From Cladosporium halotolerans (lineage: Eukaryota), in assembly GCF_011745625.1 (NCBI RefSeq), contig NW_027191465.1:558001-611102 (forward strand): a stretch of DNA of 53,102 nt, in the 5' to 3' direction. Positions 41,124-53,102 of this stretch are shown in pieces; positions within the stretch are counted from its first letter, which is position 1; each line of letters starts with the position of its first letter. The position numbers were made by a program, and so were the translations under genes. The notes under the pieces are model-generated. The model was not told where the DNA came from and made no database searches. It saw only the letters and a list, made by a program, of their open reading frames with translations.

Positions 41124-43514
41124 ATGCTTCTGTCACCTTTTACTTCGCCACGCAGGCTGGCCCTGGTGGCCGTACTTGTTTTTCTTGCCGCGATCGCTTA
41201 CCTCTCCTCAACGCCATCATATCGTGGCTACCTACCGCAATACGACATTCCGGGGTTCGCATCAAGCAATGAGGAGGATCAATCGAGCAACGGGCATACG
41301 GAGAAGCCAGCCGGGAATCTGGATATCCCCGTTCACGAGCCCGCCAGAGCCGGATCACACGAGGCAGCAGCACCACCTCCCGAAGCACCCGTGATGGACG
41401 CGGGGGACCATGAAGCTGCGACGCCTGACAGAGAGCCAGTACAAAAGCCATCTCCTGCAGCCGGTAATGCCGCCGCGTACAAGCCGTCGCCCCTGCCACA
41501 CCGACCTTACGCGCAAGTGCAAGCGATGATCCAGCAGCTTATCAGGCCGTGGAGACCAGAGCAACCACAGGGTGGACACTGGCCTCCTTACGAAGAGTAC
41601 ATTGACAAAGATTACAACCCCAACAGGTGGGAGGGCTTCGACTTTGACGTTGACTTCTACGTCCAAAACGGTATCGAGAGCCTGAAGAGTGAGAAGAATG
41701 TGGAGCTGGAGCCGTACCTGCCGTACCCGAATTATGATTCGACAGAGTACAACAAGCATTGGATTGGCGAGCACGTATCTTGCGTGGGACCGCGAGGACG
41801 CCGATTGAATGAGAGCGCAGAGGACATTGTGAAGGCTTTTTCGGCGCTTCCGCACGGATTTCCTGAGGTTGCGATTGGCGACGCGGGCGTGACCGGTGTC
41901 GATACCAGCAAGTGTTTCGACCGATACCATCGCTATGGACCGTACGGACTTGGGCAAGACGACCGTAAGGAGGTCAAGGACTGGCAAGAGCCTTTTTCGA
42001 AGCCGGACTGGAGCACGGTTGGCTGGGGCAGGCTACAGGATGAGTGTGTCGTGGAGAACAAGGAACGATGGGCCCCGAAAGCACGCGTGGCTGTGGATAC
42101 AACTCCCGTGCAAGAAATGCCCAACAAGCCGATCGAGCAGGTGCAGGAGGACACCGATGAAGCGAACAAGCCCCAGTACCACCACAGGACTGCGCTTCTG
42201 ATCCGCACCTGGGAAGGCTACACGTACACTGAAAACGACCTGCAAGCCATCCGCGCGCTTATCACCGAGCTGTCACTGCTCTCTGGCGGCGAGTATCAGG
42301 TCTTCCTGTTTGTGAATATCAAGGACAACAATGCCAACCTGTTTGATGAGAAGGTTCGAAGAGATCTGCTGGCTTCTGTGCCCCGGGAGCTGCAGGATAT
42401 CAGCATTCTGTGGAACGAAGGTATCATGCAATATTGGTACCCTGATGTCACCGATTGGCAGGTTTACTGGCACCAGTTCATGCCTCTGCAGTGGTTTATG
42501 GAAACGCATCCCGAGTTCGACTATGTCTGGAATTGGGAGACCGATGCAAGATATACTGGCAACCACTACCAATTTCTGGAAGCGATGGCCCAGTTCTCTC
42601 GCAACACCCCTCGGAAGTACATGTGGGAGCGCAACCAGCGTTTCTATTTCCCAGACGCTCATGGCACTTACTCACAATGGCTCAACGACACCGATTGGAC
42701 TATTGAGAAAGCCATGGAGGAAGATGGAATGATGCCAGTTTGGGGCCCGCAGCCTTACAACACGACTCTTCAGATCCCGATCGGGCCCAAGCCCCCACAC
42801 TCAATGAAAGACGACGCATTCACATGGGGTGTCGGTGAAGAGGCCGATCTCATCACGCTTCAGCCCATCTGGGATCCTAAACAGACCGAATGGTCGTACC
42901 GCAGCAAGATCTGGAACTTCATCCCAGACGTTCATCCCGTCTTCCACGGCGATGCGGATCCCAACTTTGACCACCCCGATTTCAAGTACCTGAACCGCCG
43001 TGTATACATCAACACGCTCTCCCGCTTTTCCCGTCGCCAGCTTCACGCCATGCACCTCGAGAACCTGGAGGGCCGTGCGATGCAAGCAGAAATGTGGCCC
43101 GCCACAGTGGCCCTGCACCACGGCCTCAAAGCCGTCTACGCCCCGCATCCGATCTGGACTGACCGCAAGTGGCCCGGCTGGTACATGGATGCCATCTTCA
43201 ATGCCGACGGCAATGAGCTAGCCCAGTGGGGCGAGCGCTTTGACAGCGTCTACAACCACGATCGCGAGTACAACTTCCAGGGCTGGAGTTGGTACTATGC
43301 CTCAAAATTCCCGAAGACTCTGTACAGACGCTGGCTAGGCTGGACGGATAAGGACGACACCTCGCCTTTGCGCGAGGTCTCTGGTCCCGAGTTGGAGGAG
43401 ACAGGCGGGCACTACAGCGTCGACGGTCGCCCGGAGTCAGTGGGCGGTAAAGGTCGGATGTGCCTGCCGGGCATGTTGTTGCATCCCGTGAAGAAGGTTG
43501 TGGAGAACGAATAG
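41124..43514 (+). CDS. DUF3405-family type II membrane protein
   Basis: N-terminal TM anchor, IRALITELSLLSGGEYQVF, HQFMPLQWF...HPEFDYVWNWETDARYTG, HHGLKAVYAPHP, MCLPGMLLHPVK. Confidence 0.85.
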   Translation: MLLSPFTSPRRLALVAVLVFLAAIAYLSSTPSYRGYLPQYDIPGFASSNEEDQSSNGHTEKPAGNLDIPVHEPARAGSHEAAAPPPEAPVMDAGDHEAATPDREPVQKPSPAAGNAAAYKPSPLPHRPYAQVQAMIQQLIRPWRPEQPQGGHWPPYEEYIDKDYNPNRWEGFDFDVDFYVQNGIESLKSEKNVELEPYLPYPNYDSTEYNKHWIGEHVSCVGPRGRRLNESAEDIVKAFSALPHGFPEVAIGDAGVTGVDTSKCFDRYHRYGPYGLGQDDRKEVKDWQEPFSKPDWSTVGWGRLQDECVVENKERWAPKARVAVDTTPVQEMPNKPIEQVQEDTDEANKPQYHHRTALLIRTWEGYTYTENDLQAIRALITELSLLSGGEYQVFLFVNIKDNNANLFDEKVRRDLLASVPRELQDISILWNEGIMQYWYPDVTDWQVYWHQFMPLQWFMETHPEFDYVWNWETDARYTGNHYQFLEAMAQFSRNTPRKYMWERNQRFYFPDAHGTYSQWLNDTDWTIEKAMEEDGMMPVWGPQPYNTTLQIPIGPKPPHSMKDDAFTWGVGEEADLITLQPIWDPKQTEWSYRSKIWNFIPDVHPVFHGDADPNFDHPDFKYLNRRVYINTLSRFSRRQLHAMHLENLEGRAMQAEMWPATVALHHGLKAVYAPHPIWTDRKWPGWYMDAIFNADGNELAQWGERFDSVYNHDREYNFQGWSWYYASKFPKTLYRRWLGWTDKDDTSPLREVSGPELEETGGHYSVDGRPESVGGKGRMCLPGMLLHPVKKVVENE

Positions 43515-44185
43515 ATTTAGTACCGGGGTTCGAAAATGACATTTCATCTTGTAAGAGAACGCGCATGACAAGGGGAACAGGGTCGACAGCGTCTGGGTGC
43601 TTGGATACAGCAAAGCATATTGGGCATACATATAGAGGTATCTACTAGCAACGGCGGTGAACAATGATTGTAAATTATATTGTGGAATCTTGTACGCGTC
43701 TCTCATTCAAGCAGTTATTGCGCGCCACCCGGAGATCTACAAGTGACCGGGTTGCACCCGGATAAGCACTTACAAGACACAAGCGAATATAGCTAAGTTC
43801 ACATCGGCGTCTGCACGACACTTCAATTTAGTACGGAGGAATTGCCTCGTAAGGTTCGCATGTGTTTCGAGAACGTGATGCACTGATGCGTGACAAGCCT
43901 GACACCTCCTGTTCGTTCTCGACGCTGCCAGTGGAGCCCAGCTGTGGAGCCGCGACGTTCGGTGATGGCCCGACAGTTTCAAACAGACAAGCTCATCAGG
44001 AGACTCGATGCCCGCAACAAGAATGTCCAGCGGCTTTGAACTGCTTTGCTCGAGCATACTGGAACGTTTTCAACATCAAGCGGTCTCTTTGGGCGCATTC
44101 TGGCCCCGTATGCGTGAAGAGATAATGGCCGATTCACTTCAAGTTTTACCTATTGTCCGGTCAGAGACTCCAGATGCAGCGCTCC

Positions 44186-44426
44186 GGCTAGGCAGTCCCT
44201 CCGCCTGGGCATTGTACGCAAGAATCATCGCTTCTTTTGCGGCTCTAATTCTAGCGGCCGGCTAATGCCTCAAGTGACAAAGCTAATTCGCGGCGGAAGA
44301 ACTTTGACATGTTCATCGTGAAACAGCTAAACCTGGCTTCAGACTGGGGTGGGTCCAACCGCTGTTACGAAGAATTAAGCGACTCCAGAGTCGAAGGTCA
44401 AGAGTTCAAGGCGCAATGCTTATATA
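44186..44426 (+). promoter_or_regulatory. GH62 promoter with XlnR-type GGCTAR sites, a CreA-type SYGGRG site and a TATA element
   Basis: GGCTAG at 44186, GGCTAA at 44260, CTGGGG at 44344 and TATATA at 44421, upstream of a hemicellulase. The motifs are short and could occur by chance. Confidence 0.5.
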
Positions 44427-44495
44427 TGTCAAGGTAGGCTGCCCTGACGAGGGTTTCTTCTGCCCTACACACCACTCCCAGCCCTAGACATCACC

Positions 44496-45482
44496 ATGAG
44501 ATCCCAAGAGACCAAGAAGAACGCGCTGTTGACCGGCGCCGCGCTGCTGGCAGCCACCGCCACCCAGGTCAACGCGCAGTCTTGCGCCCTGCCCTCGACC
44601 TACAAGTGGACTTCGAGCGAGGCTCTCGCCGAGCCCAAGAACGGATGGGCGTCTCTCAAGGATTTCACCACCGCCCCGGTTAATGGCCAGCACCTGGTCT
44701 ACGCCTCCTACAGCGGTGCCGACTCCAACTATGGCTCTATGGCCTTTGGCACCTTCGGTGACTGGTCTGGTATGGGCAGTGCCAGCCAGACTGCCATGAC
44801 CGAGACTGCCGTCGCCCCGACTCTCTTCTACTTCGAGCCCAAGGATACCTGGATCCTTGCTCACCAGTGGGGCCCTACCTCTTTCAGCTACCGCACCTCC
44901 AGCAACCCCTCCGATGCGACCAGCTGGTCTGCTGCCCAGCCGCTGTTCGAGGGCAAGATCCAGTCCGACACCGGTGCCATTGACCAGACCGTCATTGGTG
45001 ACAGCGAGAACATGTACCTGTTCTTCTGCGGTGACAACGGCAAGATCTACCGCTCTAGCATGCCTATTGGCGAGTTCCCCGGTAGCTTCGGAACCGCGTA
45101 CGAGACTATCATGTCGGACACTGCTCAGAAGCTTTTCGAGGCCGTCCAGGTCTACACCCTCGAGGGCCAGAACAAGTACCTCATGATCGTCGAGGCCCAG
45201 GGCTCGAACGGCCGTTACTTCCGCTCTTTCACCGCCGACAGCCTCGACGGCGAGTGGACCGTTCAGGCCGGCGACGAGAGCGCTCCTTTTGCCGGCAAGG
45301 CCAACAGCGGCGCCAGCTGGACCAACGACATCTCCCACGGTGACCTGATCCGCTCTTCCGCCGACCAGACCTTCCCCGTCGACCCTTGCAACCTGCAGCT
45401 GCTCTACCAGGGCCGTGACCCTAACTCCGGCGCTGCCTACGATGCCCTGCCCTACCGCCCTGGTCTCCTCACTCTGTCCTAG
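44496..45482 (+). CDS. Secreted GH62 alpha-L-arabinofuranosidase (AxhA-like)
   Basis: Signal peptide, [64 protein letters not shown]. Confidence 0.95.
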   Translation: MRSQETKKNALLTGAALLAATATQVNAQSCALPSTYKWTSSEALAEPKNGWASLKDFTTAPVNGQHLVYASYSGADSNYGSMAFGTFGDWSGMGSASQTAMTETAVAPTLFYFEPKDTWILAHQWGPTSFSYRTSSNPSDATSWSAAQPLFEGKIQSDTGAIDQTVIGDSENMYLFFCGDNGKIYRSSMPIGEFPGSFGTAYETIMSDTAQKLFEAVQVYTLEGQNKYLMIVEAQGSNGRYFRSFTADSLDGEWTVQAGDESAPFAGKANSGASWTNDISHGDLIRSSADQTFPVDPCNLQLLYQGRDPNSGAAYDALPYRPGLLTLS

Positions 45483-46047
45483 ATGAACTGAGTGTGTTGG
45501 CGCTGTTTTGCGAATCTTTTATAAACTAAGGTGTTTCAATTCTAGAAGTGTGTCGCCTGGATCCGAAAAACAGAAGGTCCGTGTTTGGGAGTGGCTGAAG
45601 TGAGGTCTTGACCCAAGACTGGGTCGAGCCAGCCTCTATTGTATTCTTTGTGCTAGCTCACAGTCAATTGAAAATCCCCGTTGGCAGGGTATCCAACCAT
45701 CTTACTGTCCTGCAAGTCTTTTACCACCCGCGCATTCTTTCCTGTCAACTGCCAAGGTACCTTGCGAAAGTTGGACGGATCAAACTCAAACCTGGAGCTT
45801 CGGAGCCTGCTTTGACCTCACGGAACCAATGTCAAAACCAATCAAAGCTTCGTACACGTACATCTGGATGAAATATGGCCTTCTCTTAGTATACATTTGT
45901 TGAACCCCACTGGTGCTTCTTCGCCAATTCCAATTCCGCAACAATAACGCCTGTGTCCCCGGAGGAACTTTTACAGCCGTACACCAAGTACGCTTGCGAA
46001 ATGCCATTTAGACGCCGAAGACGCCGGCGCTGATTGTGACAAGTCTC

Positions 46048-46308
46048 TCAATCTTTCTTGCCCTCGGTCTTATTGTCCTGCTTCTTGTCCTCAGAGTTGT
46101 CGCCCTTGGGCTTCGGAGGAATAGAGACAGCGTTCGGGACGGCGGTGGTGCCACTGCCGCCAGTGCCGTCGAGAAGAAGCATCTGCCCTTTGGCTTCGGT
46201 GACGCCGGCGAGGTTGCTGGTAGTCGGTGGCCAGAACGGCGCCCATGGTTGTTTTTTGCCGTTGCATTTCGGCAGAAGGACTTTGGCGTTGTCTTCCATC
46301 TTGACGAC
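46048..46308 (-). CDS. Possible last exon of a small hypothetical gene
   Basis: A CTGAC...TACAG acceptor at 46309 is followed by the open frame VVKMEDNAKVLL...KKD*. The upstream exon is unresolved. Confidence 0.25.
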   Translation of the reverse strand, partial: VVKMEDNAKVLLPKCNGKKQPWAPFWPPTTSNLAGVTEAKGQMLLLDGTGGSGTTAVPNAVSIPPKPKGDNSEDKKQDNKTEGKKD

Positions 46309-46840
46309 CTGTACAGTGTCAGTGTCTGCAGTGCGCTGCCTCGCAGCGGTATAGACCCACCCTTTACTTCTTGAGAGCCAATGGCGGATATTCCGATGGT
46401 GGCGGCGTGAGATTCAATGGAGTCGCCCGGAAATCGTGTTGCAGGAATGGACCCGTGACCAATGTCGGTAATTTAGCGAAGGAAGCGCCACGCCGCAGTC
46501 GGACGCAACAACAACCAACGGCATGGCCCCTTCTGTCGCCGGTGAGACTTGGCATGTTTTGGCTGAACCGGATCCTGGGAAAGCGCTCCGGCCCCCGGGC
46601 GTCTCTCAGCTGCATCATGCAGCTTTATATTGCGCGGGGAAAGCGAGGCTCGGGCACTGGTGATGCAGCTCTGGCCCGGGAGCCTTACTATGATGTAGTG
46701 CGGTACTTGGAAGGTTGCCTTGCGAAGGCGTCGTCGCATCTTGGGGATTAGCCTGCAGGAAATGTGGTCTTATGAGGGCCGCCCGGGGGGAGTGCTTCCT
46801 CGCTTCGATCTCATCCCTACTCCGCCAAACCTGCAGCACA

Positions 46841-48626
46841 ATGTCGGGTCTTGAGGTTGCTGGCCTGTCTATTGCAATTTTTAGCGTTGCATGCAAAGCG
46901 GTTTCAAACTATCGCGGGCGTCTACGTACCAAGGATGTGGAAGAGCTCGCCAGTTCACTCGATATCCACTCGCTGATTTTCACCAACTCAATCAGGCATT
47001 TGCTCAGTGCCGCACTGCCTGACTCTGAAGTTGAAGCTTTGATCAAAGATTCGAAAGGGCCAGCCTGGAAGGAACAGTCTCTCCGTGAAAGAGTGATTAA
47101 AAACTTGGGAGAAGATGCCGACCGTCTTCTCCAACTGATCGAAACGATCAAAAAGACAATTTCTGCACTGGAGGTGAAGCTATCAAAAATAGAGAAAGAA
47201 GACGACAAGATGTCAAAACGTGCCTCTCGTGTCATCAAATCGTTCTTACACGGAAAGGGCTTAAAGGATCATAACCCCAGCATGACACTGTTGAAGGCGC
47301 GAGTCACCGAGTTCCGTACGCTCGCTCAGGATGCAGTGATTCTCGCCTCGTCTCGAACTCAAACACCACTACCGGAGCCAGAGCTGCCGCCAGATCTATA
47401 CCATGTGCATGACTGTGCAAATAGCTTGTACGATGCGGTCAGGGCTTGTTGGACTTGTGGCTGCCCAGACTCTCACCCGATTCACATGCAATTGGAGATC
47501 TGGTCAATCCCGGCCAGTGGGAACGACGACACTGCTTGCCTCGCATTTGCACTCTTATTCGCAGACAGTGCGGAAAAGGCGGAGGATTGCAACTGGATGA
47601 CCGCTGAGATCGCCATCTCGCAAGCCAGTCCTGGTACCCATCCATCGACACCCGGATCACCAAGCTCTCCGAGTGGAAGCGTCCATCGCCTCCTCCACCC
47701 TCAGACGATGTGAGTCTGCTCCCTCCCTTCCACTTTGATGAATTAGCCCGCTGAGCATTTACAGAAGCAATAGCTCGTCGACAGCGGCGGTGCCTGGTTC
47801 AACCGCCAATCCATATGCCACGCCAAGCAATGATCAAGCAAATCAAGTCGCTGTGATCCATGATCTTTGCACTTTTGTCAGGGGCTATGAGCAAGCAACA
47901 CCGACAATTCCACCCAGAATGCGATCTCGCCAAAGAAGCGGATCAATGACGAGTGCCTGTGGAAGAAGTGTCCGTCTCTTCAGCAAGGCCAGGCCTGGAG
48001 TGACCAAGTCGTCGTTCCGATTATCAGATGTGTATAGCAGGCGCACATTCCTCAGGAAGAAGCATCGAATCCGACTGGCACTGATGCTTGCCTGGAGCGT
48101 GCTCCAAATCTCTTGCACAAGCTGGCTCCCTGGGAAGTGGACCAGAGACAACATACTCCTCGTCATGGATGCCTCACAGGTCCCTATACCGTACATAAGC
48201 CACCGCTTCCAGTCACAGCGCACCTCAACAGTATCGCTTCCGTCTTTGGCGACATCTGGAGGCAATGAATTGATGCAGTACACGGACAACATCTCGATGT
48301 TTGCTCTCGGTGTCTTCTTGCTTGAGCTATGCCACAATCAGTCTATTGAGGATCTTGCAAAAGACGACGAAAAGCAAAGGAATGGCGAGCTCGAACCTCC
48401 TTTTCCACTGGAAACCGCGACACGAGTTTCGGGGTTAGTGGAAGAGGAGCTGGGCGCCAGCTATGCGGCAGCCGTCAAAGCCTGCTTGAGCTTTCCCTCT
48501 GTTGAACTCGATGAAAACGGTAAGCCGAAAAACCACGCTGCATTCGCAAGCCTTGTGATGAGAGAGATCATTAAGCCTCTGAAAAAGACTGCAGCTGCAT
48601 TTGGGTCGGATGCTGGGATGATATGA
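46841..48626 (+). CDS. Hypothetical protein with a fungal MSGLEVAG-type N-terminal helical domain and a conserved C-terminal domain; exons 46841-47709 and 47765-48626
   Basis: MSGLEVAGLSIAIF start. Intron 47710-47764 (GTGAGT...GCTGAG...CAG) joins the two ORFs in frame. C-terminal RLALMLAWSVLQ...W...FALGVFLLELC...YAAAVKACL. Confidence 0.75.
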
Positions 48627-49080
48627 CGAGCTTGCAAGTCGATGGAGTTCATATTTAAAGTTTTACGGTCTATGTATGCAAGTGTATCTTTCACTATTGC
48701 GTAGAGCGCACTGCCATCCTCGTCGTCCTGCCTGCAATTTGCACACAAGATCCCGACATCCTGCCTGGACTGCCTGAGACTCTGTTACTGCTTCTTGTTG
48801 ATCCTTATCTCAACCTGCTTGATGCAAATGAGCTGCTTGATCAGCTAGTAGTAGTCAGGTTAGTCGTTCTTAATAGGTGGCAGGCCCACGAAAGGATCGA
48901 TGATGCCGTGCGGGCGCACATCCGGGTCGCTCGACTCCCTCTTCAAGGTCTTGCAGAGAGTCGTGTGAAGACAAGACTGAGCCATTCCCGAGACCGCGAC
49001 TTCAACTCCTCGATCAAAATAATTGAGCGAATCGAAGTCGACTTTCGAATGTTCAAAAGGCGGAGGATCTGAGCTGCTAG

Positions 49081-50030
49081 TCACTCCTGGCTGTAAACGA
49101 AGGCGACAACCTCAATGCTTTCTCTGGGTAAGCAGTCTTCCGGAGCATCGGGATTCATTATCGCGCAATGAGGGACACCTACCACAGATCTCTCAGTCAG
49201 TATGCGGCTACCCATGTGAGCTAGAAGAGACTGGCTCACCAAACCCATTCGGCTTTGTGTCTGCCTGTCTGAAGATGAGAACTTCGGAATCCTCCTGTCC
49301 GCGAAGGAAGTGCCACTTGTGCTGTGCCCTGTGGTAGACGTGGACGTTTTCCAGAACTTCATGACGATCGACAATGTCCTGGGGCTCAAGGTCTTGTGCT
49401 GCATTGATGGATCGTCTGTCGCACAGAGCCAAGGGGTAGTCGTGCAGCGGTCCGCGAAGGGGCTTCCACATCGTGATGTATTGAGCTCGACCTTTGAGTA
49501 GTTGCTCCGAATCACTCCCGTGCCTGCGAATGATCTGTCTGACCATGTCCTCCGGTGTGGCGTCGATGTGTGCCACAATGTTGGGCTGTCCATGTGAGTA
49601 GGTCTGGCCCGTCGAGAATGGAAATGACCCTTCACGCTTGCGAATCTTGGAACACCTTCAGCACATCTCCTCACCTCGGGTGTACACGGAGCGACCGTAC
49701 CAGGTAGGAAACAAAGTCCACCATGCATCCTGGGAATAGCTTCTTGAGGCAATTTTCCAGCTCCGAAAAATATACTGCCGTTATTTTTTCGTGACTCTCA
49801 TAGTCCTCGTACGCCATCTTTGTGTCGATACGCGACCACGTGAAGCCGTTGCGGTCGAGGCTGTACTCCTTATTCGTTGCCCGCATGTCGAGAACCTTTA
49901 CGTCGTGTTTGATTCGTGTCACGTTGCTGACAGCGATTGGGCCTTCGGGCACGTAGCGCATAGTGTAAGGCTTTTCCACCGCATACTTGGGCAGCGGTTG
50001 CAGGTGATGGATCCCAGTGACTATACTCAT
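49081..50030 (-). CDS. CmcJ/AsaB-like oxidoreductase; exons 50030-49701, 49645-49240 and 49178-49081
   Basis: YSLDRNGF, AHIDAT, ITMWKPLRGPLHDYPLALCD, GVPHCA, PRESIEV. Two introns (49700-49646 and 49239-49179) restore the frame. Confidence 0.85.
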
Positions 50031-50966
50031 GACCGCCGATGATACCGGTGACGACGTTGTACACGAAAAGAGAGTGTGTGTGGGTGGTTGACGCGAAGAC
50101 CATTGGCGGTCGAGTGAGGAAGAAGCGCGTCCCGAAACATGCAAACATCAGACCACATAGAGAAGAGGCGCAGCAGTCGCGTTCCACGCCCAAGGGTCAA
50201 CCAAATTCAGCCGCAATTACCTCACCAGTATGAGCCTTCGAAACTGGGATTGATGGTCAACGGGGAAATTCCATCAACCTCCAGAATACATTTGCCGGCA
50301 TTATGATCTTCTGCGGGCGACGAGTATTGCAATCGCCACCGTGAGTGGTTGAGTCCTTCGTGTGTACATGCAAATGAGATTACACGCTAAAGTGCTGGGT
50401 CACATGAAGGCCAAGACGGCAATGTTCACCGGTGGACGTAAGCCTTGCTGGGTCTTTGATTGGTTGGAGATGACCTTGATAATATATCAGGTATCAATAC
50501 ATCACCGGATCCACGGCGCGGGACGGGTCTTACTGCGTTCCTCAAGCTCCAGCCATTCCCTTGTAGTGAGGAAAGCAACCCTCTCGGAGGCCTCTGAATC
50601 CACTCATACAATTCAGTGGGCTCGAATACTTGTACTGGAAAACCATTATATCATTTAACGAAGCAGATACCGGTGCTGCGTGAGGTCTCACAACAATCAG
50701 TCTCGGAGAACACACGACGTGGTCGTCTTGGTCAACAGCTCGCTTATGGCTGATTTTGAGGCGTTGATAGGCCAAACTGCATGATTGGCCACCAACGGGC
50801 CACCTGCACACACGATGTGTCTTCGTTGTTAGATTGCCTCGCCCCGCACGACTTCGCCTCGCAATAGCCTTCCAAGGTTGCAACGATATTGGCGAACCCC
50901 AGATCTCAACTTCTTTCGGGCGTTGATCTGCGACAAAGCAACACCACATGTTTGGCCTCTGTGAAC

Positions 50967-53076
50967 ATGTCGGTTGCCCAAGCCGAGCGCAAAAACATAG
51001 CTCGGTCTACAAACGACGCACTTGCAGCTTTGTCAGCGCTGGTGGAATCGCATGAGGTCTCTTCACACGATCAGCAGCAGGATTCGAAAGCAGAAAGGTT
51101 CCAAGATGAGATAGATCGGTTACGGATCTGGGCCCACGAACATGATGTGCCGAGCGGTGGATTGGATGAAAAGCTTGCAGATGCATCTGTGCTGCGTGAC
51201 CGTGTGATCTTACTTTTGATTGAGCTCTCTGGAATTACAGACGAAAGCATCCGTTTGGACAGTGATGTCGACAATTTCAGCCGAGCAGCCCTCGGGCGAT
51301 ACAGCCTCAGATCGTCCTCACAGGACAATGATTCCGCTCCCAGCATTGTTTCTGCGAGCATCAGCCTGGACACGAACGTCACTTTACCTGAGTCCTTACC
51401 CGATACGCCGCTCAGGAGGATACATGAGGTTATCTCCTTTCTCTTTGTACTAGGGCCAACGTTACTGGATCCTGCACCTCAAGCTCTCTCAGAAGAAGTT
51501 GCGTGTGTGAATGAGAGTGCCTCTCAATACGATATCAGTCACGTGAGGGCGAGATTTCCGCATGCAAGTGAGAAATTGGTGGAACGGCTGGGCTGTGCGA
51601 ATTGGGAGCTCAGGAAGAGACTGATTACGCTTCGATCGACGCTCGAAGAAAAGTACAATGATGAGCCCCCAGGATTCAAGCCCGCATTGATGGGAACAGT
51701 CGGTCCGCCTAATCGCACATACGCTTCAGATGCCAGCCAAGATTCGGAAAGCGGTCAGTCCGATCTTCGGGAAAACAACAGCGATGACGCTAGGTTTCCA
51801 ACCTCTCGAAGTGCGTTCAGCAGTCTGGAAGATGAGAATACTGGCCAGAAAAGCCAAGTGTTGACTGCTCCTACAACGATCACAATTACGATCAATGATG
51901 ATACGTCGATGCTGGCGAAAGAAACCCCGATGGGCCTTCCGCCGGCTGAAGGACAATATGAGACAGTGGTGCCCCAATACGGAATACCACTGCCGCCATC
52001 CCCAAACGCGGACTTCACTGGTGTTGAGTTTGTCTGCCCGTTCTGTGCTCGCAAAATCTCAGGCATGCGGACTCGCCTGGAGTGGAAGTAGGTTGGGCAT
52101 TTCGCGATCACACGCCCATTGCTGATTCCTGTGTAGGAAACACATCCTGAATGATCTGAAGCCATACTTGTGTACCTGTGATGATTGCACAATAGCATCA
52201 AAGACCTATGGGAGTAAATGGTCGTGGTGGCGACATGAGAATGATAGTCACCGCACCCAACGCTCCTGGGTCTGCAACCCATGCGAACGAGAAGGGTACA
52301 ACTCTGTCTTCGAGACACAAGATCTGTTTGCGACGCACCTCGCCGATCATCATCCTGTCAAGTTGACATCAATGCAGGTGACGAACATAAGCAGAATGTG
52401 CCGGAAGGACATAGGGAGACGGCACCCCAATCGCAGGTGTCCTTTGTGTCGGGATTTCATCGCCAAGTCTCCTCATGAGAGCACCAAGGCACGTGAGCGC
52501 GCAGCGAGGAAACATATTTCAGAACACTTGGAGCAACTCGCGTTCTTCGTGGCGTCGTCTGCTGGCCATGCGCTCGTAGAACAGGACGCCTCGGTCTTCC
52601 AAGATGATTCAGACTCGGAAGTCGATCATCAGATCGACCTGAAGTCAATTGTGTCAAGGGACACACATTGGTCGAAGAAAGAATTCCAATCTGCAAATGT
52701 CGAAGCATTTATAGCTGACCAAGAGAGCGTTATGGGCGATGCACCAGCAGCAGCAATACAGGATGCAGAAAAACCCAAAGCCCTCACACACGAAGATGCG
52801 CCGGATCAAACAACCGGAACGCCACAGTTTCCGATCATTGTCCAGCTGCCTCAACCTAATGAACACTTCTACTCCAGATCGAACTTACTTCGGGACGTCG
52901 ACCAGATCTTGAACTCGCCTGGGCGCATCTGTATTCTCCATGGCGTCGGTGGCGTGGGAAAGACGCTCGCCGCCGTCCACTACAGTCACAACCACAAGGC
53001 GAACAGAGAGTACACCGACAGTCCATTATGTTCATTATGTTCATTACGTCATGTCATGTTCATCATTCCGACATGA
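50967..53076 (+). CDS. C2H2 zinc-finger + NB-ARC-like P-loop protein (NLR-like), apparently truncated or continuing past the window; exons 50967-52087 and 52137 onward
   Basis: FVCPFC...EWK|KHILNDLKPYLCTCDDC across intron 52088-52136, further fingers WVCNPC and CPLC...KHISEHLEQLA, then HFYSRSNLL...ILHGVGGVGKTLAAVHY (Walker A). Confidence 0.75.
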
Positions 53077-53102
53077 TATGAACATGGATGTCTGGGAATG
53101 AA

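Overview
A 53 kb stretch of gene-dense fungal nuclear DNA. It has short GT-AG introns with CTRAC-type branch points, and the gene set suggests a filamentous ascomycete (the taxon is my inference). It holds about 18 protein-coding genes: an ankyrin/RCC1 (Btb1/IBTK-like) gene cut by the window edge, a secreted aspartic protease, Swa2/auxilin, a YCR023C-like MFS transporter, BiP/Kar2, an HFCD-flavoprotein/ankyrin-like fusion, phytochrome, an RBR/IBR E3 ligase, ferredoxin Yah1, Ugo1, a METTL25/RRNAD1-like methyltransferase, a DUF3405 protein, a GH62 arabinofuranosidase, a CmcJ/AsaB-like oxidoreductase and NLR-like genes at the right end. The standout is the third intron of the BiP/KAR2 gene (19293-20782, 1490 nt). 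It carries spliceosomal signals yet contains an intact ORF for a GIY-YIG endonuclease with two C2H2 zinc fingers, and it sits in the highly conserved Hsp70 motif TKDN|NLLGKF. Its 5' donor is split by a 53-nt GC-AG intron, a [D1,2] stwintron, so in-frame BiP mRNA needs two ordered splicing steps. This looks like a homing-endonuclease-bearing spliceosomal intron in a nuclear protein gene.
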